Part shown: one piece after another, positions 18,030-27,519 of the stretch
Numbering within the stretch: position 1 is the first letter of the stretch
How the letters are laid out: every line of letters starts with the position of its first letter
Assembly: GCA_965277805.1 (NCBI GenBank)
Contig: OZ255842.1
Location: 640,001-704,000 of the forward strand
Origin: Candidatus Lustribacter sp.
Lineage (GTDB): Bacteria > Vulcanimicrobiota > Vulcanimicrobiia > Vulcanimicrobiales > Vulcanimicrobiaceae
Direction of reading: 5' to 3'
Length of the DNA: 64,000 bases
Made by a program: the position numbers and the translations under genes
Notes under the pieces: generated by a model
The model's database searches: none
What the model was told of the DNA's origin: nothing
The model's input: the letters and a program-made list of their open reading frames with translations, nothing else

Positions 18030-19771
18030 TGGCAGTAGCAGATCTCGCGAGCACCAGCCTCGACCCGGTCACCCTGGAAGTGATCCGCAACGCGCTGCCG
18101 GCGGTCGCCAATGAAATGGCCGCCGATCTGCAGCGCACCTCGTATAACATGATGATCTACGAGGTCCGCGATTTCTGCACGGCCCTGATCGATCCCGACG
18201 GCGCGCTGGTGAGTCAGAACGTCGGCGGCGTGTCGCATTTCGTGGCCGACCTCGGCGTGATCATCACCGACGGCGTGAAGCGTTACGGGAAGGACGGTTT
18301 CGCGCCGGGGGACGTGCTGATCACGAATCACCAAGCCGTGGCCGGGCAGCACCTCAACAACATCGTTATCTACATGCCGTACTTCTTCGAGGGCGAACTG
18401 CTGATGTTCTCGATGGTGCGGGCGCACTGGATCGACGTCGGCGGCATGAGCACGGGCTTCGGGGCAGGCCCGGAAGTCGGCGACCCGTGGCTCGAAGGCT
18501 TGCAGCTCGACCAGCTCAAGATCTACGAAGGCGGCAAAATCAACGATGCGCTCTATCGCGTCATCAGCGACAACATCCGTTTTCCCGAATCGTCGCTCGG
18601 CGACTTGAAGTCGCAGATCGCCGCCTGCCGCCTGGCGGCGCGCCGGCTCGACGAGATGTTTCAGAAATACGGCAAGCCGGTGATTCTCGATGCGATCGCG
18701 CGCATTTTCGATGAGACCGAGAAGAAGTGCCGCAACGTCATCGCACGCTTGACCGACGGTGTGTACGAAGCGTCGGCGGCGTTCGACGACGACGGCGTGC
18801 TGCTCGGCGTGCCGGTGCCGCTGCACGCGAAGGTCACGATCGCCGGCAGCGACATGACGATCGATCTTTCCGGCTGTTCGGGCGAACGCAAGGCGGCCGT
18901 CAACTCGCGCACGCTCGCGGCCGCACGCGTGGCGTACAAGGCGCTGACCGGTCCGAACGATCCGGTGAACGAGGGATCGTTTCGCGCGCTCGACGTGATC
19001 ATTCCCGAAGGGAACATCATGATGGCGCGTTTCCCCGCGCCGATGTCGGGCTGGAGCCTGATCGTGCCGACGGTCGTCGATACGATCATCGCGGCGTTGG
19101 CGAAGGCGATGCCGGATACGATCCCGGCGGCACACCACGGATTGCTCGGCGGTGCGGTCGTGTTCTTCGGCGTCGATCCGGTGACGAAACGGCGCTTCGT
19201 CGTGCAGAGCATCGAAGGCGGCGGCTGGGGCGGGCGCCCGTACGAAGACGGCGAGTCGGGCACGGTCTCGGTGTGTCAGGGCGACGTGCGCAACGGTTCG
19301 ATCGAGGGCATCGAGCTGAAGTGTCCGGTGCTGGTCGAGCAGCGTGCGCTGCGGCCGAACTCGGGCGGTGCGGGCAAATACCGCGGCGGCCTCGGCATCG
19401 ACATGCAAGTGCGGAACTTTGTCGACGGGTTGTGGAATTTCGAAACGTCGAAGCGCTTCGAATGTCCGCCGTGGGGATTGTGGGGCGGGACGTCCGGCGA
19501 AAACGCCGGCTACCTGCTGCGGATGTCGGGCACCGAAGCGTTCAAGCCGACCTCGGGCAGCCGCAAGCCGATCCCGGTCGACTCCTCGGTGATCGTGCGC
19601 ACGGGCGGCGGCGGCGGCTGGGGCAACCCGCACGAACGCGACCTCGCAGCCGTGCAGCACGACGTCCTCGAGGACTACATCTCCATCGAAGCAGCCCGCG
19701 ACCTCTACGGCGTAGCCATCACCCCCGACGGCATAATCGACGAAGCCGCCACAGCCAAACTCCGCGCCTGA
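18029..19771 (+). CDS. Hydantoinase B/5-oxoprolinase subunit
   Basis: DPVTLEVI, IYEVRDFC, HWIDVGG, SGGAGKYRGG, TGGGGGWGNP. Confidence 0.92.
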   Translation: MAVADLASTSLDPVTLEVIRNALPAVANEMAADLQRTSYNMMIYEVRDFCTALIDPDGALVSQNVGGVSHFVADLGVIITDGVKRYGKDGFAPGDVLITNHQAVAGQHLNNIVIYMPYFFEGELLMFSMVRAHWIDVGGMSTGFGAGPEVGDPWLEGLQLDQLKIYEGGKINDALYRVISDNIRFPESSLGDLKSQIAACRLAARRLDEMFQKYGKPVILDAIARIFDETEKKCRNVIARLTDGVYEASAAFDDDGVLLGVPVPLHAKVTIAGSDMTIDLSGCSGERKAAVNSRTLAAARVAYKALTGPNDPVNEGSFRALDVIIPEGNIMMARFPAPMSGWSLIVPTVVDTIIAALAKAMPDTIPAAHHGLLGGAVVFFGVDPVTKRRFVVQSIEGGGWGGRPYEDGESGTVSVCQGDVRNGSIEGIELKCPVLVEQRALRPNSGGAGKYRGGLGIDMQVRNFVDGLWNFETSKRFECPPWGLWGGTSGENAGYLLRMSGTEAFKPTSGSRKPIPVDSSVIVRTGGGGGWGNPHERDLAAVQHDVLEDYISIEAARDLYGVAITPDGIIDEAATAKLRA

Positions 19772-19782
19772 ACTGTCATTCC

Positions 19783-19824
19783 AACGACAATTCGGGGTTG
19801 CTCAATGACAATTCGGGGTTGCTC
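19783..19824. repeat. 21-bp tandem duplication (20/21 identical) at a convergent gene junction
   Basis: aacgacaattcggggttgctc followed by aatgacaattcggggttgctc. Confidence 0.85.
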
Positions 19825-20701
19825 GGAGTGCGTCGAGTTTGCTTTCGAGTGCTTCGCGTTTCGCGTCCGTCCAGGTGTGGAAGCCTTGGCCGGATTTGAC
19901 GCCGGTTTTTCCGGCGGCGACGAGGTCGACGAGGAGTTGTTGCGGGGCGTTGCTGACGTCGAGATCCGACAGCAACACTGACTGTATGGCCAACGTCAGA
20001 TCGAGGCCGACCAGGTCGGATTGTTCGAGCGGGCCCATCACGCCCAGGCGCGCGCCGAAGCTGTGTTTGACGACGAAGTCGACGGTCTCGGCGTCGCACA
20101 CGCCGGCTTGCACGAGCGCGATCGCTTCGCGTTTGAGCGCGTGCTGCATGCGGTTGCCGATGAAGCCCGGGATGTCGCGCTTCACGTGCACGGGCTGTTG
20201 CCCGATCTCCGCGAGCAGCTGCATCGTGCGCTCGATCGTGGACAACGATGTTTCGGCCGCTTGAACGACCTCGACCAACCGCACCGTGTACGGCGGATTC
20301 CAGAAGTGCGTGCCCGCCACGCGCTCACGCCGGGTTGCGGCGGCCGCGATGCGCGTGATCGGAATCGCCGAGGTGTTGGTGGTGAGGATCGTCGCCGGCG
20401 AACAGTGCGCATCGAGCTGCGCGAAGATCTCCATTTTCAGCTCGAGATATTCGGGCGCCGCTTCGATGACGATCTCGGCATCGGCCGGCACGCCGTCCAA
20501 ATCCGCAATGACCGTTACGGGCAGGTCGCCGCCGGCGGTCCCGCGCGCATCTGTGATCGCGCGCAAGCGCTCGGCCGCGGCGGCGCGCACCGCGGCGTGG
20601 GGTTCGACCACGGTCACCTGCCGGCCGGCCGTAGCGAAGAGGTGCGCGATGGCGAGGCCCATACGGCCGCCACCGACGACGGCGGCTTTGCGTTGCATCA
20701 T
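19802..20701 (-). CDS. 3-hydroxyacyl-CoA dehydrogenase family protein
   Basis: VVGGGRMG Rossmann motif, IEAAPE, TNTS, THFWNPP, LVEV, PGFIGNR. Confidence 0.92.
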   Translation of the reverse strand: MMQRKAAVVGGGRMGLAIAHLFATAGRQVTVVEPHAAVRAAAAERLRAITDARGTAGGDLPVTVIADLDGVPADAEIVIEAAPEYLELKMEIFAQLDAHCSPATILTTNTSAIPITRIAAAATRRERVAGTHFWNPPYTVRLVEVVQAAETSLSTIERTMQLLAEIGQQPVHVKRDIPGFIGNRMQHALKREAIALVQAGVCDAETVDFVVKHSFGARLGVMGPLEQSDLVGLDLTLAIQSVLLSDLDVSNAPQQLLVDLVAAGKTGVKSGQGFHTWTDAKREALESKLDALRATPNCH

Positions 20702-20764
20702 TGATTGGCCGCGTTCGCCGGTCCGACAGGCCGATCCGGGCGAATGGGCCGAACTCGTTGCGCA

Positions 20765-21505
20765 ATGTCGCCCCTCGAACGCGTTCTCGTCCCCGGTGCC
20801 GATGGAACGAGCGTGCCGCTGCATATTGCGCGCCCCGAACCCGCCGCGGAGCATCTGCCGGCGGGCATCCTCGTGCTGCAAGACGCGTACGGCTACAACA
20901 CCTACCTGGAGAGCACGGCGCGGCGTTTCAGCGATCTCGGCTTCACGGCCGTCGTGCCGGAGCTCTTCCATCACAGCGGCGGCGTGGGCATCGAGTACGA
21001 CGACGCGCGTGGCATGGAAGCCAACCGCGAACACATGCGCGCGCTCAACCCCGAGAACGTGCTCGACGACATACGCGCCGCTTACGCTTGGTTGCTGGCG
21101 GAGGGCACGGTTCCGCCCGAGCGGATCGCGGTGATCGGCTGGTGCCGCGGCGGTCAGGGCGCGTTCCTCGCCAACGCGCATTTGCCGCTGGGCGCCGCGA
21201 TCTCGATGTACGGCAATCGCATCGCGCCCGATCTGCTGCCGCTGGCGGCGGAGCAGCACGCGCGCATCTTGATGATCTGGGCCGGCGACGATCACTACAT
21301 TCCGGTCGCCGAGCGGCGGTCGATCGAAGACGCGCTGACCTCGGCGGGGAAGGCGCACGACCAGGCCGTATTCTCGGGCGCCGAGCACGGATTTTTTGCT
21401 CCGTCCTCGTACCACGCACTTGCAGCCGGCGTGTCTTGGTGTATGTCGGTCGAGTTTCTGCGCGCGACCGGCGTCATCGTACGCCGCGAAAAGGGAGTTT
21501 CATGA
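20765..21505 (+). CDS. Dienelactone hydrolase family protein
   Basis: LQDAYG, VPELF, GWCRGG (Cys nucleophile), GDDH, AEHGF. Confidence 0.9.
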   Translation: MSPLERVLVPGADGTSVPLHIARPEPAAEHLPAGILVLQDAYGYNTYLESTARRFSDLGFTAVVPELFHHSGGVGIEYDDARGMEANREHMRALNPENVLDDIRAAYAWLLAEGTVPPERIAVIGWCRGGQGAFLANAHLPLGAAISMYGNRIAPDLLPLAAEQHARILMIWAGDDHYIPVAERRSIEDALTSAGKAHDQAVFSGAEHGFFAPSSYHALAAGVSWCMSVEFLRATGVIVRREKGVS

Positions 21506-22689
21506 TTCGTTTGATCCGGACGGCAGCGGCCGTCCTGACCGCCGCATTGGTTGCCACGCTCGCTCCGGCGGCACGCGCCGCCGATCCATACGAGATCAAC
21601 GTCATCCTGCCGTTGACCGGCAACATCGCGTTCGTCGGCACGACGCAATTGCAAGCGCTCAAAGCGGTCGAAGCGTACGTGAACAAAACGGGCGGGATCG
21701 GCGGACGCCAGCTCTCGTTCGTGGTGCAAGACGACGGATCGGATGTGAAGACCGCACTGCAGCTCGCGCAAGGCCTGATCGCGAAGAAGGTTCCGCTGAT
21801 CATGGGCTCGTCGAGCCCGCAGGCGTGCGCGGCCATCGCACCGCTGGTGATGGCCGACGGCCCGTTGCACTACTGCTTGGCGAACGCCGGTACGACCGTC
21901 CCCGGCAGCTATGAATTCTTCACCCAGTTCACCAACGACGCGCAACTTACGGTGCTCATTCGGTACTTCCGCGAACGCGGCATGAAGAAGGTCGCGAGCA
22001 TCTTCTCGATCGACGGCGGCGGGCAAGACGCGGAACATGCGCTCACCACCGCGCTCGCGCTGCCCGAAAACAAAGACATGCAGCTCGTCGCACACGAGCA
22101 TTTCGCGCCGGGCGACATCGGCGTTGCCGCACAGATGACGCGCATCAAAGAGGCCGCTCCCAACGTGCTGATCGCCTGGGCGACCGGCGGCCCGGCCGGC
22201 ACGCTGCTGCGCAACGAGCGCGACGCGGGCATCGACATCCCGACCGTCACGTCGACCGGCAACCTCAGCGCGAACTTCTTCAAGCAGTTCGGCGCGATCT
22301 TGCCGACCAATCTGTACTTCGCGGCCGTGCCGTACTATTCGGGCGATACGTTGAGCAGCGGCCCCACCAAAGCCGCCGTCGCTACGATGACGAGTTCGCT
22401 GGCCGCGATCGGTTCGAAGCCCGACATGATCGAGATCAGCGGCTGGGATCCTGCGATGATCGTGGTCGACGCCTTGCGCAAATTGGGACCGGACGCGTCG
22501 GCCGCGAAACTGCGCGCGTACATGCTCAATATGAAAGGCTGGGTCGGGGTCAATGGGCCGTACGATTTTCACGCGAATCCCCAGCGCGGGGTCGGCGAGG
22601 CGAACGTCGTGATCGTGCGCTGGGATTCCGCTGCGAACACGGCAGTAGCCGTGAGCAAACCGGGCGGCGCGCTGCTCGGGGGCAAATAG
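21502..22689 (+). CDS. ABC solute-binding protein, LivJ/branched-chain amino acid type
   Basis: Signal peptide; ILPLTG, VNKTGGIGGR, DDGSD. Confidence 0.88.
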   Translation: MIRLIRTAAAVLTAALVATLAPAARAADPYEINVILPLTGNIAFVGTTQLQALKAVEAYVNKTGGIGGRQLSFVVQDDGSDVKTALQLAQGLIAKKVPLIMGSSSPQACAAIAPLVMADGPLHYCLANAGTTVPGSYEFFTQFTNDAQLTVLIRYFRERGMKKVASIFSIDGGGQDAEHALTTALALPENKDMQLVAHEHFAPGDIGVAAQMTRIKEAAPNVLIAWATGGPAGTLLRNERDAGIDIPTVTSTGNLSANFFKQFGAILPTNLYFAAVPYYSGDTLSSGPTKAAVATMTSSLAAIGSKPDMIEISGWDPAMIVVDALRKLGPDASAAKLRAYMLNMKGWVGVNGPYDFHANPQRGVGEANVVIVRWDSAANTAVAVSKPGGALLGGK

Positions 22690-22692
22690 CTC

Positions 22693-23574
22693 ATGGCTAA
22701 CGCATTCAACGTGCCGCTGACCGGATCGATGGCACCCGGTCTCTTGGGCTTAGTGCATTTGCCGCGGATGTGGCAGAAGGGGCTGCTCCATACGCGCGGC
22801 CTGTTGCCGGGAGACTACGTCTTCGCCGATCGCGGCTTCGATCAGCGCATCATGGACGGCGTCGGGATCGATCGCGAGGCGTTCATTCCGTATCTGCAAA
22901 CGCTGCCGACCTATCTCGAAACCGAAGCGTGGGTGCGCGCGAACGCGACGAAGCTCGATCAGATTGCGGCCACGAGCGAAATGATCCTCAACCGTACGCC
23001 GTCGACCCCCGAATCCGGTGACAAACTGCGCGCGGCAGTCGGCATCACCGACGCGTCCGTCAACAACACCGCGCTGCTGAGCAACATCGACGATTGGGTT
23101 GCGCTGCACGCCTACGTGGTCGCCAACCAAGGTCAAACGGTCGCGCCGATGATCCCGGCGATCACGTCGCTCGCCGAAGGCCCGCTCGGGGTGTTGCACC
23201 TTCCGCGGCTTTGGGGCAAGGCTATGATCAAAACGCTCGGCGCGCTGCCCGAGGGCTATCATTCCGGCAGCGGTCCGCTCGACGAACAGCTCGCCGACAC
23301 GATCGGTATGGATCTGGCCGCGTCGGTGAAGTATACGAACGCCGAGCTGCCGCCGTACCTCATCTACGAGCAGTGGGTGCGCGAGCACGCGACCAAGCTC
23401 GACGCGGACACGCTGGCGGCGTGGAACACGCGCATGCGCACGCGCGAGAAACCCGCCCCGCTGGCGGCGGAGGAACGCAAGACCCTCGGCATCACCGATG
23501 AGAGCGAACGCCGCGGCGTGCTGCTCAACGACCTGATCGACTGGCACCTCTGGCACGAGGAGATAACGAAATGA
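22693..23574 (+). CDS. Tandem-domain protein resembling DUF5069
   Basis: Two internal repeats: GLLGLVHLPRMWQK..LPGDY..FDQ..GID and GPLGVLHLPRLWGK..LPEGY..LDE..GMD, each ending L.N..DW. Confidence 0.65.
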   Translation: MANAFNVPLTGSMAPGLLGLVHLPRMWQKGLLHTRGLLPGDYVFADRGFDQRIMDGVGIDREAFIPYLQTLPTYLETEAWVRANATKLDQIAATSEMILNRTPSTPESGDKLRAAVGITDASVNNTALLSNIDDWVALHAYVVANQGQTVAPMIPAITSLAEGPLGVLHLPRLWGKAMIKTLGALPEGYHSGSGPLDEQLADTIGMDLAASVKYTNAELPPYLIYEQWVREHATKLDADTLAAWNTRMRTREKPAPLAAEERKTLGITDESERRGVLLNDLIDWHLWHEEITK

Positions 23575-24500
23575 CCACGCGCGCGGCCTGGCTCTCATCC
23601 TGCGGGGCCGCGGCGCTCGCCGCAAGCGCGCCGCAGATCGTGCGTGCGCAGACGCGGCCGTCGATCCGCGTCGGCTGCGGCAACATCGAGTCGCACGCCG
23701 AGGCGTACTACGCGCGCGCGAACGGGTTCTTCGCGCAAAACGGAATCGACGTCGATATTCAAAACCTGCGCAACGGCGCGGCGATCGCGGCGGCGGTGTC
23801 GGGCGGTGACCTGCAGATCGGCGTTTCCAGCATCTTGCAGCTGGCGGAAGCGCGCGGCGCCGGCGTCCCGTTCGTGATCATCGTGCCCGGTGGCTTGCAC
23901 GACGGCCGGATCGCACACACCGCCAACCTCGTCGTCGCCCCGGGCGGCCCAATCGCGAAACCGTCCGACCTCAATGGAAAGATCATCGCGGTCAACACGC
24001 TCAACGGCCTCGACCAAATCATCGCCGACGCGCTGATCGACAAGAACGGCGGCGACTCGACGACGGTCAAGTACGTCGAGGTGCCGCCGGCAGCCGCCGA
24101 GTCCGTGATCGCGGGCCGCGTATCTGCCGCCCAGCTGGAGGAGCCCGAGCTATCGGGCGCCGGCACGCGCGTGCGCCGCTTAGGTGACGGCGAGGATGCG
24201 ATCGGGCCGCGCTTCGCCACAACCGGCTGGTTCACGACCGACGACTGGCTTGCGAAGAATAAGGATACCGTGCGGCGTTTCTCGGCCGCGATCTTCGCCG
24301 CCGGCGCGTGGGCGATGCAGAACCCGGAGAAAGCGGGCGCCGTGCTGCACGATGCGCTCGGGCTCACGCAGGCGCGCGGCACGCAGACGTTCGCGACCAC
24401 CCGCAACGCGGGCGAGCTTTCGCCGCTGCTCAACACGGCGGTCAGGTACAAGGTCGCTCCACCGGTGTCGGCCGGTCAACTTTTCTGGGACGGGAAGTAG
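23571..24500 (+). CDS. ABC solute-binding protein, NMT1/SsuA type (paralog of 4745..5680)
   Basis: YYARANGFF, PGGLHD, TLNGLDQ and LGDGEDAIG closely match 4745..5680. Confidence 0.88.
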   Translation: MTTRAAWLSSCGAAALAASAPQIVRAQTRPSIRVGCGNIESHAEAYYARANGFFAQNGIDVDIQNLRNGAAIAAAVSGGDLQIGVSSILQLAEARGAGVPFVIIVPGGLHDGRIAHTANLVVAPGGPIAKPSDLNGKIIAVNTLNGLDQIIADALIDKNGGDSTTVKYVEVPPAAAESVIAGRVSAAQLEEPELSGAGTRVRRLGDGEDAIGPRFATTGWFTTDDWLAKNKDTVRRFSAAIFAAGAWAMQNPEKAGAVLHDALGLTQARGTQTFATTRNAGELSPLLNTAVRYKVAPPVSAGQLFWDGK

Positions 24501-24593
24501 CGTAACGCGTCGTCGGAGCGTAGGGCATTTCGACCTCGCCTGGAAGGGCCAAATCCGGCTGCAAGCCGCTCAGGGTTGAGGGAGAAGGACATC

Positions 24594-25706
24594 ATGACCG
24601 ACGTCGTTACCCAGCGTGAATTCATGACCACGTGGCACAGCTCGCCGCGACAAGGCATCGAAGCGTGGTCGACGCGCAACAAGGCGAACCTGATCGGCTC
24701 GGGGACGAGCACCGACCGCGTGCCGCCGTTCCGGCCGTTCGATCTGCTCGCGCAGCCGAACGACGCGCTCGTCGTGCTCGAGAACGACGATCACCGCATC
24801 GGCGTGCAGAGCGTGTGCGGCGCGCAGCGCACGTTCGTGCGCCACATTGACTTCGACACGATCTATTTCCAGTTCGCCGGCAAGACCACGCTCGAGACCG
24901 AGTTCGGTGAGGTCGAGATGTCGCCGGGCGAGATACTATTCATCCCCGAAGGCATCGCGCATCGCTCGACCGGAACGGCCGACAGCCTGCGCTGGTTCGC
25001 GTTCGTGAACGAACCGTTCACCGAGTTCATGGACGGCGACGACGTGCACACCGGGCACACGGAGTTCCGCATGATTCGCCACGGCGGTCCGGATTGGAAA
25101 ATTCCGGCCGGCGCGGAGAAGCCGGTCAAGACCGGCGTCATCGAAGAACGCATGATCCGCTGGGGCCACGGACCGAACGACCGCACGATCATCCACCGCG
25201 ACTACGACTATCTCGTGGGCGCATCGAGCACGCACATCGCGGAGAAACGCAGCGGCATCCGCAAGCTGCGGGCGTTCGATATCTTCACCGGCGTCGCGGG
25301 GAAGAAGGGCGGCGTCGAGCCGATGTTCCGCGCGCCGCACCTCGAGATCAAGACCTATAACATCACGGGCGAACAGTTTGCCTTTCATCGTGCGCTACGC
25401 AGCGAAGAAGTCCGCATTCAGTTCCGCGGCGAGGCGCTCGACACGTGCGAGATCGACAAGACACTGGTCGCGCCGGGTGACGCGACCGTCATCCCGCGCG
25501 GCATCGCGCACTCGGTGATCACCGAGCCGCCCGATTCGCCGACGTTCCTGCGGCTAAACTTCTACAGCAATCTCTCGTGGCGTACGCCGAACGATCTGAC
25601 CGCGCATCAATACAAGAGCACGTTCGAGGTGCAGACGATCGTGCACGATGAGGCGCCGTGGCGCATCGAGGCGGGCTTAGTGGTACCGGTGGCGGCCGCA
25701 CGGTGA
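24594..25706 (+). CDS. Bicupin protein, distantly homogentisate 1,2-dioxygenase-like
   Basis: ETEFGEVEMSPGEILFIPEGIAH and VAPGDATVIPRGIAH resemble HmgA TEFG...PGD...IPRG segments; GAAGGA RBS. Confidence 0.55.
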   Translation: MTDVVTQREFMTTWHSSPRQGIEAWSTRNKANLIGSGTSTDRVPPFRPFDLLAQPNDALVVLENDDHRIGVQSVCGAQRTFVRHIDFDTIYFQFAGKTTLETEFGEVEMSPGEILFIPEGIAHRSTGTADSLRWFAFVNEPFTEFMDGDDVHTGHTEFRMIRHGGPDWKIPAGAEKPVKTGVIEERMIRWGHGPNDRTIIHRDYDYLVGASSTHIAEKRSGIRKLRAFDIFTGVAGKKGGVEPMFRAPHLEIKTYNITGEQFAFHRALRSEEVRIQFRGEALDTCEIDKTLVAPGDATVIPRGIAHSVITEPPDSPTFLRLNFYSNLSWRTPNDLTAHQYKSTFEVQTIVHDEAPWRIEAGLVVPVAAAR

Positions 25707-26710
25707 TTCTCGCGCGCCTTTGCGCGCTGCTGCTGGCGTGGGTGGCGTTCGCGGCCGCAGCGCCGGTCCGGGCCGCCGACACCCCGCAGAAGATCACGAT
25801 CACGGTACCATCGTATGAAGTGGCCGATAGCGCCTACTTCATCGCGGTGCAGAAGGGCTACTTCGCCGCCGAAGGCCTCGACGTCACGCTGCAATTCGCC
25901 GGCGGCGGCACGGCCACGCCGGCCCTGATAGCGGGCGGTATCGAAGGCAGTGCGTCGAGCGCCGCCGCGCTCAGCGCGATCATGCGCGGTGCGGCGCTGC
26001 GGATCGTGCTCGTTTTCGAAGACAGCCCGTTCTACAACATCTGGGCGCACTCCGACATTCACTCGCTTGCCGATTTCAAGGGCAAGGCCATCGGCGTTGC
26101 AACGCGCGGCGATACCTTCGAGATCGCGACGCGTCTGGCTCTGCAACAAGCGGGCATCGCGCCCGACGACGTCGGCTACACGCCGATCGGCAGTGGCCTC
26201 GGTTCCGGTGCGGCGTTCGAATCGGGCGCGCTGGCGGGCGTCGTTCTCTCGACCAGCGAGGGCAACCAAACCAAGGACAAGGGCGGCCTGAAGAACGCTC
26301 ACATCGTGACCTCGTTTCTGGGCAAGGTGCACATGCCGTGGAACGGCTTCGTCGTCTCGGAAAAGCTGCTGTACGGGAATCCGGCGTTAGCGCGCCGGAT
26401 CGTGCGGGCGATCGTAAAGGGCAGCCGCTACCAGCAGGCGTTCAAGTCGCAGACGATCGCGATCGTGACGAAGTACAACGCCAGCGAGCAGCCGCTCGAG
26501 GGCAGCAACGATTACGATGAATTCATGCGCGGCAAGACGCCCGATCTCACCGTGAAGCCGGAATTCGCCGCTGCCGATCTCGACGTGCACGCGGGACTGA
26601 TGAAGCTGCCCAAAGATCAGCTGCCGCCGCTCGACAAGATTTACGATTTTTCGCTCGTGCGTTCGATCAACGCCGAACTGGATGCAAGCCGATGGAAACC
26701 CACGCCGTAA
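25703..26710 (+). CDS. ABC solute-binding protein, NMT1/SsuA type
   Basis: KGYFAAEGLDV, ATPALIAG, DFKGKAIGV; directly precedes a permease and ATPase. Confidence 0.88.
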   Translation: MILARLCALLLAWVAFAAAAPVRAADTPQKITITVPSYEVADSAYFIAVQKGYFAAEGLDVTLQFAGGGTATPALIAGGIEGSASSAAALSAIMRGAALRIVLVFEDSPFYNIWAHSDIHSLADFKGKAIGVATRGDTFEIATRLALQQAGIAPDDVGYTPIGSGLGSGAAFESGALAGVVLSTSEGNQTKDKGGLKNAHIVTSFLGKVHMPWNGFVVSEKLLYGNPALARRIVRAIVKGSRYQQAFKSQTIAIVTKYNASEQPLEGSNDYDEFMRGKTPDLTVKPEFAAADLDVHAGLMKLPKDQLPPLDKIYDFSLVRSINAELDASRWKPTP

Positions 26711-27519
26711 GGCCGATCGAGCCGCCGGATCCCGCCGGCCTGGCAGCGTTTTGGAACAAACACCGGACCGCGATCACGCGCACCGCTGCGGTCGCGTTGT
26801 TCTTGCTCGTGTGGGAAGGCGCCGTGCGCTTCGGCGGGGTCAGCCCGCTGTTCCTCAGCAGCCCGTCGGCGGTCGCGGCGCGCCTCATCAAGGTGTTCGC
26901 CGATGGATCGATCTGGCCGAGCCTGCTCGCGACGGCCAACGTCGCGTGGTGGGGTGCGTTTCTCTCGATCGTGGTCGGCGTTCCGGTCGGCGTGCTGATG
27001 GGCCGCTCGACGATCGTGCGCGACACGCTCGAACCGTTCATCATGGGGATGTCGTCGGCGCCGATCGTCGCGTTTCTCCCGCTGCTGATCATTTGGCTCG
27101 GAATCGGACCGACCTCGAAGATCGCGCTGGTCTTCATCGGCTCCGTGTTCGTGATGATCGTCAACACCGAGACCGGCGTGCGGCAGATCGACTATCGCTT
27201 GATCGAGACGGCACGCTCGTTCACCGCGACCGAGTTCGACATCCTCACGAAGATCGTCGGTCCGGCCGCACTGCCGTTTATGATCGCCGGCGTGCGCCTC
27301 GCGATCGCGCGCGTGCTGATCATGGTCGTCGTGGCGGAGTTCTACGCGGCGACGGTCGGCATCGGTTACCTCATCTTCCAGGCCGGCTCGCAGTACGACA
27401 CGACGCTCGTGTTCGTGGGCGTCGTGATCCTGGCCGGCACCGGCGTGATCGCTAACGCCGCGCTGCGCGCGCTCGAGCGGCGCATTGCACCGTGGATGCA
27501 CACCGAGGCCGGCCGATGA
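26692..27519 (+). CDS. ABC transporter permease, SsuC/TauC type
   Basis: FLSSPSAV, LIETARSF, PAALPFMIAGVR, VVVAEF, GIGYLI. Confidence 0.92.
   Translation: METHAVRPIEPPDPAGLAAFWNKHRTAITRTAAVALFLLVWEGAVRFGGVSPLFLSSPSAVAARLIKVFADGSIWPSLLATANVAWWGAFLSIVVGVPVGVLMGRSTIVRDTLEPFIMGMSSAPIVAFLPLLIIWLGIGPTSKIALVFIGSVFVMIVNTETGVRQIDYRLIETARSFTATEFDILTKIVGPAALPFMIAGVRLAIARVLIMVVVAEFYAATVGIGYLIFQAGSQYDTTLVFVGVVILAGTGVIANAALRALERRIAPWMHTEAGR

Noticed and set aside
19783-19824. Possible CRISPR repeat
   Set aside because: Two adjacent copies with no spacer and no cas genes in the window
20701-21501. Long N-terminal extensions in the ORF track (e.g. 20701, 1926, 32904, 61350..63182, 19802..21415)
   Set aside because: They overlap real genes in other frames, are Arg/Ala-rich without motifs, and better starts exist with RBS or stop/start overlaps
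24501-24593. Riboswitch or sRNA in intergenic gaps (also 36116-36246, 41294-41379, 53815-53915)
   Set aside because: No conserved riboswitch motif or terminator recognisable by eye; an Rfam/Infernal scan would be needed
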